Numbered from the stretch's first letter, positions 41,293 to 51,911 are shown. The stretch: 64,000 bases of DNA from a virus (IMGVR_UViG_3300044470_000123:4106-68105); one strand, 5' to 3'. Program-made: numbers and translations. Notes: a model not told the origin generated them from the sequence alone.

Positions 41293-44238
41293 TTAAAGAC
41301 TCTGACTAAGATTCAAGGTCACGATGATCCAGTTCAACGGATATACGGGACTATAGAAAACTTCTACATCAAGCGTCGAAGGATCAGCCTGGTCTACCAC
41401 TACCCTGATCCCCTTAAAGTCCACTATAATCTTATTGTTCTTAAGAGACTGAAAATAAGACTTCAAAGTATTAGTAACCTGTGGTATAATACTAGGCAAA
41501 TTCTTCTGACCTATATACTGATCAAGAGCCTGCCTAACACCCTGCTGAACGAAATGCTTAACCTCAACTATACGAGGATCTCTTGTAAGGATATTACTCA
41601 AATCAGAAGTTAGATACATCCTAATCTTAATCGATGTGGCTAAATCCTGAAGAACAGTACATCCTGAGTTCGCTACAAGCGCAGCAGTAACATCATCCAA
41701 CCTACGATATAACCTGTCAAAGCCTACTACGTTTTTATTAGTAAGAGGTGTAGCTATATCATAAACAGGATCACAGTCTAACCCTGCTACAGCCGCCGCT
41801 ATAAATGACCCATCAACAAGATACTGAACATCATTACCAAAAGCATCAGGTATAGTCAATAAAGCAGCCTCAGGATAGATAGGGGTAATCTTCTCTGATC
41901 CTATAGCCTTACACTGCTGGATCGCTGCCTCTGGAGAAGTACCAAAAGCAAATCCTATTACACTTGTACGCTCATTACGATATTTGATGCTACTCTGTAT
42001 CGCATTAGAAGTAGATAGATAACCCTGCACCGCAGGACTTGTAGTCATAGGCTGCATAAGCGAAGGCCTTGTCCCATCAGAAAGAGGCTCATTAAAAGTA
42101 TCTATAGCATCAAAATAACTCTGATCTGGAGCGTCTGTACCACCAGAAGCTCTCTTTACCTGTAGAAGAGCTACTGACCTTGCACCATTAAGGAAAGCTA
42201 GGTTAGCCCCTAGTACTATCTTATTAGTAATATCTAAAGGACCAAAATCTGTAAAAATATCTCTCATGTTATTGTAAGACTTTACTGTGTAGTCTGTCTT
42301 AGTCTTATCAAAAGTTACATAGTAAGTGTCCCCAACATTAGGCTCATTACCTGACTTATTAAAAGTCTGAAGGATAACTGTGTCACCTGTATTATCCTGT
42401 GCACCACCAGCAGTACTATCTATAGTAAGATTGATACCAGGTATCGCTTTTACTACAAAAGAAGTAGCAAACTCCCATGTCTGTGAGATCATAGGATCAA
42501 GAGGAATACCTACAATATAAACTACCTTCTGACCTGTAGTAGGATTATAACCATCTATAGCAGCTTTAAAAGACACTCTGAAACTTGTTACAGAGTCTAT
42601 ATAAGTCTGACCCTGAAAACCAAGATTAGTAGCACCGGTACCCGTCTTACCTGTACCTGTAACAGCAAAACCACCCACACCATCAAAAGTCACTGTTACA
42701 GTCTCAACAGATGCTGTCAAAGGATCTATCTGTACATTCACAGCTCCAGACCCTGCATAAACAGGAGCTACCGTACTACCTGTACCAAGAGTAACATCTA
42801 ACGCTGTCCCACTAAACTTAGAAGTAAGTAAATAACGACCTACCCCAGCAGCACCAGGAAGCTCATTAGTAATAGTCCATGTATCGTCTATGATCAAATT
42901 TTCATAGTAAGTCACATAAACACTATCATGCGAAGCAGTGGTCCCTTGTGCAGGAGCTAATTCTAAAGTTATATTGTTACCGTTTATCTGTGTAACTAGC
43001 ACTGGACCCGCAGAGTAAGCTGCATCCCATGAAGTACCTACATAAGCTACTATATTAGCAGGATCCTCTGTAGGAGTACCTGTACCTACACCATCCACAG
43101 GTGTGGAAGGTAGAGTAAATACTGTGTTACCTGAAGCATTAAGAGGAAAACCATCTGTACCTATAATATTTACATTGCCACTCTGTGCTATAGAATAAGG
43201 AGTAGATATCCTACCATATACCTTAGTATCTGTAAGAGAAGCTATTACATTATTTATAAGAGGCGTAGAACCAGCAGTATAGATACCCGTAGAAGTCTCA
43301 TAAGATGTACCCCAGTGTAACTCATTAGAACCCGCAAGAACTACATCCTGACCTATAGAGTAATCTGAAGTATCTGCACTTAGTCCAACTTTAACTATGT
43401 CATTAACTTCTGCAGCAGGAAGAATATCAAAAGTGTCCTGCCAAGTATTTGTGAAATATGTAACTGTTACCGTGGCTCCATTAACAGGAGGAGTAGCAAA
43501 CGTGAAAATACCGTGTGCTCCATCCAAAGCTATAATGGGAGTAATAACATTGTTAACTTTTACTTGAATAACTGGAACAGTTTTTGTATACTCATTACCT
43601 GGAGTTAGAGGAGTAGGATTATAAAGGATACTTACTGTATTATTTATGTCTGCATCTGTAGCTGACTGACCACCATTATTACCCTTAACTATCCTTAAAC
43701 TTCTAACTTTAAAATTTACTGCATTACCATCAGCCTGAAAAGAAAGATCTTCATTCTCTATGTAAGTATCCATCCTCTTAAAATAATAATTGACTTCAAC
43801 ATCATCTGTTGCAAGAGGGATGTCTACAAGAGTGACCGTACCAAGTAAACCGTTTATAGCGTTCACCGCTACTTGACTACCGTTTACTAAAACTATAACC
43901 TGACTTGGTAGCGTCGCTACTTTGCCTGTGCCTGATCCCGTTACTAGAGGGAAGTTGGCTACTCTAAACTGATTAGAGATACCCTGTAATCCACCGATCC
44001 AACCTGGAGTAGTACTAGTTAAAGACTCTCCTACTACTTCTTCACCAAGAATAATATTGTCAGATATAGCGGAAGATCCACGGATCATACCAAAATTGGA
44101 TATACGGATCTGCTCAAAACCTACTCCAATTATAGCTGGAAAACGAACATTACCTGCAGCTGATGCTCCAGATGTCTGAGAGATGGTCTGTGTAAAAACC
44201 CCAGGGAATACGAAGGATTCTAAAGGTCCTATTGGCAT
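41293..44238 (-). CDS. Contractile tail sheath protein
   Basis: N-terminal FPGVFT...PAIIG; C-terminal FIAAAVAG..PLTNKNVVGF...VEVFYSPVYPLNWIIVT. Confidence 0.92.
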   Translation of the reverse strand: MPIGPLESFVFPGVFTQTISQTSGASAAGNVRFPAIIGVGFEQIRISNFGMIRGSSAISDNIILGEEVVGESLTSTTPGWIGGLQGISNQFRVANFPLVTGSGTGKVATLPSQVIVLVNGSQVAVNAINGLLGTVTLVDIPLATDDVEVNYYFKRMDTYIENEDLSFQADGNAVNFKVRSLRIVKGNNGGQSATDADINNTVSILYNPTPLTPGNEYTKTVPVIQVKVNNVITPIIALDGAHGIFTFATPPVNGATVTVTYFTNTWQDTFDILPAAEVNDIVKVGLSADTSDYSIGQDVVLAGSNELHWGTSYETSTGIYTAGSTPLINNVIASLTDTKVYGRISTPYSIAQSGNVNIIGTDGFPLNASGNTVFTLPSTPVDGVGTGTPTEDPANIVAYVGTSWDAAYSAGPVLVTQINGNNITLELAPAQGTTASHDSVYVTYYENLIIDDTWTITNELPGAAGVGRYLLTSKFSGTALDVTLGTGSTVAPVYAGSGAVNVQIDPLTASVETVTVTFDGVGGFAVTGTGKTGTGATNLGFQGQTYIDSVTSFRVSFKAAIDGYNPTTGQKVVYIVGIPLDPMISQTWEFATSFVVKAIPGINLTIDSTAGGAQDNTGDTVILQTFNKSGNEPNVGDTYYVTFDKTKTDYTVKSYNNMRDIFTDFGPLDITNKIVLGANLAFLNGARSVALLQVKRASGGTDAPDQSYFDAIDTFNEPLSDGTRPSLMQPMTTSPAVQGYLSTSNAIQSSIKYRNERTSVIGFAFGTSPEAAIQQCKAIGSEKITPIYPEAALLTIPDAFGNDVQYLVDGSFIAAAVAGLDCDPVYDIATPLTNKNVVGFDRLYRRLDDVTAALVANSGCTVLQDLATSIKIRMYLTSDLSNILTRDPRIVEVKHFVQQGVRQALDQYIGQKNLPSIIPQVTNTLKSYFQSLKNNKIIVDFKGIRVVVDQADPSTLDVEVFYSPVYPLNWIIVTLNLSQSL

Positions 44239-44374
44239 TTTAAATCTCCTTTATAAGCAATCTTTTTAAAATCTTAAGTTATTTATTTCTTATCTGTATC
44301 TTATATAAGGCCGATTTAACTTACACTTAATGGCCAATGGATTTTATATGATATCTATCATGTTATAAAGATAT

Positions 44375-44389
44375 TATTAAAAGGTTATT
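44375..44389 (-). promoter_or_regulatory. Putative late promoter motif AATAACCTTTTAATA
   Basis: Identical to the copy at 44934-44948; upstream of the sheath gene. Confidence 0.65.
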
Positions 44390-44405
44390 AGATCTTCCTT
44401 TTATT

Positions 44406-44873
44406 TTATAGATTGACCTTCATCTTTACTTGGGTCTTGTCCCCATCTTTACCAGACTTAGTAACTTGACTGTGATACTCATTACCGTACCCTTGTCTAA
44501 ATGTCTGCTCTTTCTTATCACCCAAGTGCTGAAAAGGCCTTACCGTACCATCAGGACCCTTATTTATAACTATCTCTTTTACCCCATCCAACTCTTTAGT
44601 TACCTTGTCACGGCGCTTACTAAACCTGTTGTTATGCCTCTCCCATCCTTTATCCGACGCTGCTCCTACTGCTCGGTCTATCTCCTTAGGAGAAACAAGC
44701 GTATCCTTTCCTATAGTCTGAGGACTGTTTATACCAAATGCTGACATCTTTCTGGTCACTTTATTACTGTCACAAGAAGGACACTGCCTGTCACTATCTG
44801 TCTCTTCTGATTTACTTAATAGATCTTCAAACTCTCTTCCACAGTCATTACAAAAAAATTCAAATAATGGCAT
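44406..44873 (-). CDS. FmdB-family zinc-ribbon protein
   Basis: MPLFEFFCNDCGREFE..CPSCDS...RKMSA signature. Confidence 0.85.
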   Translation of the reverse strand: MPLFEFFCNDCGREFEDLLSKSEETDSDRQCPSCDSNKVTRKMSAFGINSPQTIGKDTLVSPKEIDRAVGAASDKGWERHNNRFSKRRDKVTKELDGVKEIVINKGPDGTVRPFQHLGDKKEQTFRQGYGNEYHSQVTKSGKDGDKTQVKMKVNL

Positions 44874-44933
44874 AAATATATCTCCTTTGAAATTTTATAT
44901 AGGATATGTTGTTCGTGTTCTTATAAGACTTTT

Positions 44934-44948
44934 TATTAAAAGGTTATT
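44934..44948 (-). promoter_or_regulatory. Putative late promoter motif AATAACCTTTTAATA
   Basis: Recurrent motif upstream of the FmdB-like gene. Confidence 0.65.
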
Positions 44949-44988
44949 TGTTTTAGATGTCCGGTTAGGTGCACCTAGTGATAATCTT

Positions 44989-46419
44989 TTAAACATACGG
45001 GACATAACCAGGCTCAGGATATGTTACTTCAAAACTATTGTTCAATGGAGTCAACTGCTGCTCTAATATCCTTCCGTCATTAGTAACTAAATAATTACTC
45101 TGCTTAGGATAAAAATTTATATCCATGTTGTAGTCCATTATCTCTGTAAGATAAGGCTCAAAACGCTTCCATTCCGAGATTAGGGTTATTGGGACTGAGC
45201 AATGATAGTATAAATCACCTGTTTGATCATATTCTTCTTCAAATTCTGAAGAGGGCTCTACAGACTCCAAAGTAATACCCTCGTCTATAAGTTTTAATCT
45301 TTTTCTACTCCATAAATCATTTACTACATGATCTACTAATTCTGGAAGTTGTAAAGTATCTCTACAAAAAACATCAACATCTAGTGTCATATTCCAGTGG
45401 CCGCTATAAACTTTAGCCGATACTTCTCTAGTTGGGTATACTATCACTACATTTTTATCCCCAACTACACGCTCGCTACTAAAAGCTAAAACTATTCCAC
45501 TTATAGCATCATTTCGATACTGAAAATCGTCCTTTGGGAGGTCTAATGGCCCTACTTCTTGTCCAATCCAGCGATAGTTAGCATAGAGAGTGGTTCCAGT
45601 AGGCAGATGATTTAAAAAAGTTATAACTCCTGACGGAAGATATATAGAGTAATCTATACCTCTGACTAAATAGTTTGGAGTAGACTTAGCGTATTTTTTA
45701 GTATATAGAACATCAAAATTAGGTAATAGATTATTATACTCTAGCTGAGCATAAGTTTCTACTCCTGATGTTTTTGTTATGACTTCTTCATTTTTTACTA
45801 TTAAAAGAGGATTAATTACATACTGTGTTGGATTTATTATTTCTAAATAATATCTACCAGGTAAAGCGAGATTACAGGCATAGTAGCTTATCGATATTTT
45901 AGACCCTAAAGAAACTGCTTGGGGTAATATTATAATACCTTTTTTGCCATCTATAAATTCTGCAAATACTCTTGTACCATCTACAGTTATATCTACTTGA
46001 GCAAAATTATCTGCTATTTTAGTATTAAAGGGTCCTGATACTATTGGTTTTTTATCTACTTTAAATACTCGATTTGATCCAGTTACTTGTAAAGATAGAT
46101 CTACGTTTTTTAGATATTTTGTTAAATTTACCTCATCCTCCCACACCCAGCACAAAACTCGTCCATTATTTTTACTGTTCTTTACTGTGGTAAGTGCTGT
46201 ATGACTTTTCAAAACACAGGAAAAATCGTCGCTACTCAATTTTTGCCTTACCGCAGTAGCACCTTTTATCACAATTCCCATCATTGGCTGCTCTGTGTAA
46301 GGAAACTTGTGGTAACATTCAACTTTACGAAAATTAGAGTGTTGTTGCAGAGAATCTGTTATTTCTGCAAAAAATCTTCTTTTAATTACCCGGAGAAGTC
46401 TACTGTCCATGTAATCCAT
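44989..46419 (-). CDS. Putative neck/tail-completion (terminator-like) protein
   Basis: C-terminal MTLDVDVFCRD...ELVD.V pattern; beta modules shared with other virion proteins; upstream of the sheath. Confidence 0.5.
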   Translation of the reverse strand: MDYMDSRLLRVIKRRFFAEITDSLQQHSNFRKVECYHKFPYTEQPMMGIVIKGATAVRQKLSSDDFSCVLKSHTALTTVKNSKNNGRVLCWVWEDEVNLTKYLKNVDLSLQVTGSNRVFKVDKKPIVSGPFNTKIADNFAQVDITVDGTRVFAEFIDGKKGIIILPQAVSLGSKISISYYACNLALPGRYYLEIINPTQYVINPLLIVKNEEVITKTSGVETYAQLEYNNLLPNFDVLYTKKYAKSTPNYLVRGIDYSIYLPSGVITFLNHLPTGTTLYANYRWIGQEVGPLDLPKDDFQYRNDAISGIVLAFSSERVVGDKNVVIVYPTREVSAKVYSGHWNMTLDVDVFCRDTLQLPELVDHVVNDLWSRKRLKLIDEGITLESVEPSSEFEEEYDQTGDLYYHCSVPITLISEWKRFEPYLTEIMDYNMDINFYPKQSNYLVTNDGRILEQQLTPLNNSFEVTYPEPGYVPYV

Positions 46420-46463
46420 GGATTAATTTCCTTTTATAGTGTGTCTATCCTATAAAAAGAAAC

Positions 46464-46478
46464 TATTAGAAGAGTATT
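46464..46478 (-). promoter_or_regulatory. Putative late promoter motif AATACTCTTCTAATA
   Basis: Recurrent motif upstream of 46419. Confidence 0.6.
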
Positions 46479-46486
46479 AAAATAAA

Positions 46487-48637
46487 TTACCGTTTTAGTA
46501 TGTTAGCAGTTAAAATTTCTGTAATATTTTTAATTTCTTTATATGAAATTCTTAATAAAGGTATATTATTCTTTAAACAATATTCGTTTTTTAAAGAATC
46601 GTTATATTTTTGAATTTCAAATGCTTCTACAATTTCTTCTTCAGATAAATCTCTATTAAATCTAGTTGGCTTATAATGTATAATTCCGTCATATTCACAA
46701 AGTAGATTTATACTAGGTATATAAAAATCAAATCTTAAAGGAATCTTTTTTCTAAAACCTTTTAAATCGTGAAATGAATATTGCGGTTTAAATTCAACAT
46801 TATTAAATATTAACCAATCTATTATGGTTATTTCTCCTAAAGAAGAACTGCACATATTACAACCGTACCCTAATAAGTGATATTGCGGGGCTTGCCAAAA
46901 TTCCCCATGCTTTTTACATATTATGCAAATTTTTAATTTACTGCTAACATATTTTACTTTCGTATACTCATATCTGTCTCCATGAGTATCTTTAGATTTT
47001 AAAATAAACTCTTCTGTAGTTGTAGTTCTTTTTTCAAGAGAACTTAGTTTACCACAAACAGGACAACCTGTACCGCGTGTGTGGGTACGGGGTATCTGCC
47101 AAAACTCTCCGTGTATTCTACATATGATACATACTTTTATTTTAGTTTTAATATATTCTACTTTTGAGTAATCGTATCTATCTCCATGAATTACTTTAGC
47201 TTTTATAATAAATTCTTCTTTTATACTAACTCTTTTTTTAGCTGCTTTTAAATGTCCGCAAATAATACATCCATAACCTTGTAAATGTCCTAGTGGTACT
47301 TAGTAAAACTCACCATGCTTTCTACAGATAATACAAACAGGAGTGTGCATATCAATATATTCTACTTTTGAGTAATCATATTCTCCTTTAAAATGTACTT
47401 TTTCAGCTCTGGTAATAAACTCTGAACTAGTAAGACTGTTATTTTCATAAGCACAAGCGTTGCATCCATATTTTTGCAAATGAAGTGTTGGTGTTTGAAA
47501 AAAATCTCCATGTTTTTTACATGTTATACAAACTTTTTTATTTGTTTTAATGTAATCTACTTTTGAATAAATATAGGTATCTTTACCGTGTATAATTTTT
47601 GATTTTTTTATAAACTCCTCTGTATTTGAAGAATTTACAGAAGAAATTATCTCTAAAGCACATTTTTGGCAACCTCTTCCGTTTAGGTGTGAATCTGCTT
47701 TCTGCCAAAATTCACCGTGTTTTTCACATAATATACAAATTTTTGACTTACTGCCAGTATAGTTTGTTTTTAAATAAGTATACCTATTTTTATGTACTTT
47801 TTTTGCTTTTTCTATATACTCTTCTGTAGTTACTGTACTATCTACCCTAACACATACGGGACAATCTTGACCGGACAAATGATTACCAGGAGTTTGCAAA
47901 AACTCTCCGTGAATAAGACATCTTATACAGACTTTCTTATCAGATCCTATATAATTTACTTTACTATATTCATATCTATTACCGTGAACTATTGTAGCTT
48001 TTTTTATAAATTTTTCTTTAGCATCTAAAATCCTTCTATTACTGTATTCCTCTGTAGCACACCTAAAGCATCCATTTTTATTTAAATGACTACTAGGGCA
48101 CTGCATAAATTCTCCATGTACCTTACATATAATACAAACTTTATCTACAGTATTAATATAAACTACTTTATCATAGATATATCTATCTCCGTGCACACTT
48201 ATTGCTTTACTTATAAATTCTCCTGTTGTCATTGTTCTAGTTTTACTACCATCTATAGGACATCCGCTACCATTCAAATGATTTGAAGGAATCTGCATAA
48301 ATTCACCGTGCTTTTTACATACTATACAAACCGGTACAAAACTACCATAATATTTAACTTTTGAATAATCGTACTTATTTCCATGAATAGAAATAGCTTC
48401 CTTTATAAAATCATTTTTTGTCTTCATTTTTTTAATACTTCTATTATTTATATCACATTTTTTACATTTAGAACCTACTAAATGACTGTACGGGGCTTGT
48501 AAAAAATCTCCGTGTATTCTACATGTAATTATTATTTTTATACAGGCTCCTAAATATTCTACTTTATCATAAATATACCTATCCCCGTGTTTAGCTCTTG
48601 CTCTTTCTATAAATTTTTCAGTCGTAAATTTTTGCAT
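46487..48637 (-). pseudogene. Homing-endonuclease-like gene: 9 DUF723-like Zn-finger repeats plus a C-terminal PD-(D/E)XK nuclease, interrupted by one in-frame TAA (47300-47302)
   Basis: ORFs 47300-48637 and 46487-46855 share a frame. The 148 intervening codons are open and finish repeat 7 and encode two more repeats. The TAA sits where all other repeats have Gln (HGEFxQ). Nuclease motif LRFDFYIP..LLCEYDGIIHY. Confidence 0.85.
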
Positions 48638-48665
48638 ACCTTCTTCTCCTACAAAAATAAAAACA

Positions 48666-48808
48666 AGCCAAGTCGATGAGGGAAATCACCTACAAAAACA
48701 ACAGCCTTACGGGTACTGTTACTTTTGACTCTTGGCTCTATTATTCATATTCTTTTTGATCCGTAAGTTAAAAGATAGTACACGAGGTTTCCCTGCCCCG
48801 TATACTAT
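48666..48808 (-). ncRNA. Structured leader RNA with two predicted kissing-loop interactions
   Basis: Four hairpins plus a closing stem; loops GGGAAA/TTTCCC and CTTACGG/CCGTAAG are exactly complementary; stem mismatches are G-U only on the minus strand. Confidence 0.6.
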
Positions 48809-48817
48809 AGGAAATAA

Positions 48818-48832
48818 TATTAGAAGGTTATT
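48818..48832 (-). promoter_or_regulatory. Putative late promoter motif AATAACCTTCTAATA
   Basis: Recurrent motif directly upstream of the structured leader. Confidence 0.65.
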
Positions 48833-48850
48833 ACAGCTGATAGGAATAAC

Positions 48851-48880
48851 AAAAGAACTTTCATTGCTGAAAGTTCTTTT
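48851..48880. terminator. Bidirectional intrinsic terminator
   Basis: Perfect 13-bp stem AAAAGAACTTTCA-TTGC-TGAAAGTTCTTTT downstream of the actin operon. Confidence 0.7.
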
Positions 48881-48972
48881 AAAATATTATATAACTACTA
48901 TATAAATCAATAACTTAATTAAAATATATAATTTTTATCCTTTAAAGACTTAATCTTTTTACTAAATCTCAT

Positions 48973-49725
48973 TTATTCACCCTTTGTTACTTTATACTTG
49001 CAAGTACCGTCGCCCCATATCCCGGTAGCTCCGCATATGGTATTACTACAAGGTACATAGAATTTATAGGTCCAAGGACTTTTGGTAGCCTGCCCTCTAT
49101 AGTTACATATTACTGTACTATCATTATTAGCCCTTTTGGGACAATAAGATATATCTAAACTTGCGGGTAGCTCTGTAGTTCCTGCACAGCACACAGGTCC
49201 TATTGTGCCTCCTATACTAGGAGTAGCTGCACATCCTGTGATCTCTGTTAACTCTTTTTTATCTTCCTTAGCTTTTTTTAATATAGCACAGTCTCTATCG
49301 AACTCTCCGCTTTCTATATATTTATTGTGTTCTGCTATACTGTGTTTTTCTATAGCCTTTTCTAGCTTAACTTGATCTAAATTTAAATTCTTATCTTTAC
49401 CTTTAAACCACATTTTAGTAACTAAAAAATATATTATTTCATTTAGTTTATCCTTATCTAATTCTAATAGAGGATTTAAAAATTCAGGTATATTTCCTTC
49501 TTTTATTTCTAAAGAGGTTTTTTGTAGTATGTACTCTACGATAAATATCATTTCTTTTGGAAAATAGAGTGGTATAGTGTTGCCAGGACACCAGTCTGGT
49601 GCAGAATTTTTTTCTGGATCAACACATCCATCAAAAGAAGCATATTTACATTCTGACCAACGTATACCGCAGGCCCCTGTTTCCATAGGACCATTACATT
49701 CATTACATTTAAAAAGTCCTGACAT
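48973..49725 (-). CDS. Cys-rich hypothetical protein
   Basis: Cys clusters at both ends; shares a 19-aa motif with 50802-51911. Confidence 0.6.
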   Translation of the reverse strand: MSGLFKCNECNGPMETGACGIRWSECKYASFDGCVDPEKNSAPDWCPGNTIPLYFPKEMIFIVEYILQKTSLEIKEGNIPEFLNPLLELDKDKLNEIIYFLVTKMWFKGKDKNLNLDQVKLEKAIEKHSIAEHNKYIESGEFDRDCAILKKAKEDKKELTEITGCAATPSIGGTIGPVCCAGTTELPASLDISYCPKRANNDSTVICNYRGQATKSPWTYKFYVPCSNTICGATGIWGDGTCKYKVTKGE

Positions 49726-49776
49726 GTTTTATCTCTATCTATTTAAATAACTATAACCACCATAAAAATAAATAAC

Positions 49777-50784
49777 TTAATCGTTCATTGCAGCAACAAG
49801 CAATCCTTTAGCTACATCGTTTAAAAGATCCTTTGAAAGCTTAATTTCCGATATCCCTAGGGGAAACGTGTCTTTTACCTTGTCAAATTCCTGCTTAAAT
49901 AATTCAAGGAAATTTCCAGCTTTTGCAGTACCACCAGACAATACCCAGACTACATCTTCAGGAAGTTCAATCTTACTATTATTCTTCTTGAGCTCTTTCT
50001 TAATCTCATTAATAGTATTCCTAATAAGATTTTTATAATAAACTATGATAGCTTCTCTCTCTCTAATATTTTTAGGATCACCAGTAGAAGGGTCAAGCAA
50101 ATCTACCCCTTTCTCTTTAATTGACATAATCTTAGTTGAGGTAGTTCCCGTAGCTTTGGCTGCGCTAGAATCTATCCAGTCGCCACTGTTATTTACTGAG
50201 AAAGCTAAACCGACTACCGTTTTAAATAATAAAGCTGTATTTACTAAGCCTGCTCCAAACGATGTGCTCAAGGCTGTAAAACCCTGCTCCTGACAATTGG
50301 AATATACAATTGCGGATGCTTCGTTCATAGGGACAGCACGAAATTTCATATTCTCGATTATCTTCTTAAAAATCTGTTCATGATATACTACATCAGAGGT
50401 ATCATTTATAGGGGCAGCAGGTACTGAGTAGTATACAACTTCATTCTCTACTCTAGGCTCCTTAAGGACACTCTTAACAAGTATAGATAATATCTTTTCA
50501 GCTTCTAGCTCTCCTGCAGAGATAAGACCCTTACTAAGAGGTCTCCTTACATCTTTCTTAAACATATTAGCAAAATTTAGTGCAGCTTCGCCTATAATGT
50601 AGATGTACTCTTTATCTTGTAGGTATGAAACATTTCCCATCTTAAGCATATTTAATACTGTAGGATCAGATTCAATATCTAAGAAGATATCCCGAACAGA
50701 ATTAATCTGAACCTCAGATTGAGGATTACCTGGGTCTTTTGAAGCACAAACAATGTTGCTTGTGCCGATGTCAAGTCCGATCAT
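49777..50784 (-). CDS. Actin-like ATPase (MreB/MamK/ParM superfamily)
   Basis: Phosphate-1 IGLDIGTSNIV; RRPLSKG; YSVPA; connect-1 MNEASAI; phosphate-2-like SFGAGLVN; adenosine LSGGTA; terminal DVAKGLL. Confidence 0.88.
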   Translation of the reverse strand: MIGLDIGTSNIVCASKDPGNPQSEVQINSVRDIFLDIESDPTVLNMLKMGNVSYLQDKEYIYIIGEAALNFANMFKKDVRRPLSKGLISAGELEAEKILSILVKSVLKEPRVENEVVYYSVPAAPINDTSDVVYHEQIFKKIIENMKFRAVPMNEASAIVYSNCQEQGFTALSTSFGAGLVNTALLFKTVVGLAFSVNNSGDWIDSSAAKATGTTSTKIMSIKEKGVDLLDPSTGDPKNIREREAIIVYYKNLIRNTINEIKKELKKNNSKIELPEDVVWVLSGGTAKAGNFLELFKQEFDKVKDTFPLGISEIKLSKDLLNDVAKGLLVAAMND

Positions 50785-50801
50785 TTTTAAATCTCCTTTA
50801 T

Positions 50802-51911
50802 TTAAATTTTATATGACTCTTTGTAACTCTTTACCTTTTCAATTTTCTCATCTAGTTTTTCTTGTACCTCTTTATATATTATCTTAGGTCTGTCTTTCTC
50901 CCTCACCACTATCTCTTCCTTCCAAGCAGCCTCAGGGTTCTTATTGACTATCTCTCTATACTCCGCAGACTTGACTTCTATTTTACCCGTGTGTTTGCAC
51001 TTAAAACATTTAATCTTAAAAAACCCTAGTTTGATATTCTTCATCCCATCACATAGAGGACATACTATAGGGAAGAGTTCTTTGGAGATGTGTTTATATT
51101 GTCCAATAATATATGGCTTATTTTTATTCTCATCAGCCTTCCGATAATTGGTAATTTCTTCTTCTTCTTTTATAGCTTTTTTAAAAGCTTCTTCCTCTGT
51201 TATTCCTGCTTCAGGATCTATATCAAACTTTTCATTAATAGCCCATAGCTTAGACAAGCCCTCTTGATTAGCTAATTGCTTGTTTATATCTTTTATCTTT
51301 TCAGCATTTTTTAATCTCATGTCATCAGAACGAGTATCTTTTTCTGCTCTAGCCAACATTACTTCATTTAACTCTTTATAATTTTCTTCTGTGATACTAC
51401 TTAAACCATATTTATCTAAATTTTCATCTATACCCTCACAGCTTGGTATATTAGTGTATGGGTTATTATTACTTGTATTAAGATCCTTCTCTATAGCCTT
51501 AACTTCCTCTTCACTAAACAAGTACTTTGATTTTTCTCGGTCTATTTTTATTTTTTCTTTAGGAGGTTCTACTATAACAGGTTCATCTACTTTATTATCT
51601 AACTCTTTAATCATATTTTCTATGATAGATAAATACTGTGATTTATCTTTTCCTTTTAGATGAAATATATGTTCAAAAGTTTCATTATAAGACCCGTTAT
51701 AATTTGGCTCACTTATGTATCTATCTAGTTCTAGAGGATCATAACATAAATCATATTCAGCTTTCTTTATAAATTCTTTAGCTTTATCTAGTATATCACA
51801 ATCTCTATTTAATTCACCACTGTTTACATAATCTGACATATTTTTCATCTGCTCTTCAGTTTTTCCTGTAGTATATACAGGCTGGACTTCTTCTTGCTTT
51901 TTCTCTTCCAT
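50802..51911 (-). CDS. Acidic coiled-coil protein with DnaJ-type zinc finger
   Basis: CPLCDG...CFKCKHTG near the C-terminus; strong SD GGAGG. Confidence 0.6.
   Translation of the reverse strand: MEEKKQEEVQPVYTTGKTEEQMKNMSDYVNSGELNRDCDILDKAKEFIKKAEYDLCYDPLELDRYISEPNYNGSYNETFEHIFHLKGKDKSQYLSIIENMIKELDNKVDEPVIVEPPKEKIKIDREKSKYLFSEEEVKAIEKDLNTSNNNPYTNIPSCEGIDENLDKYGLSSITEENYKELNEVMLARAEKDTRSDDMRLKNAEKIKDINKQLANQEGLSKLWAINEKFDIDPEAGITEEEAFKKAIKEEEEITNYRKADENKNKPYIIGQYKHISKELFPIVCPLCDGMKNIKLGFFKIKCFKCKHTGKIEVKSAEYREIVNKNPEAAWKEEIVVREKDRPKIIYKEVQEKLDEKIEKVKSYKESYKI

Noticed and set aside
7167-44238. Bacterial eCIS/tailocin or T6SS locus
   Set aside because: Homing-type nucleases, a split intein, early-gene arrays, neck-like genes and a dedicated late motif point to a phage genome.
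47300-47302. Alternative genetic code (stop-to-Gln recoding)
   Set aside because: Very long ORFs are intact in code 11, and TAA, TAG and TGA all end genes at tight junctions; this internal stop is isolated.
48905-48917. IHF-like site AATCAATAACTTA
   Set aside because: Single match in very AT-rich DNA, with no recombinase or origin context.
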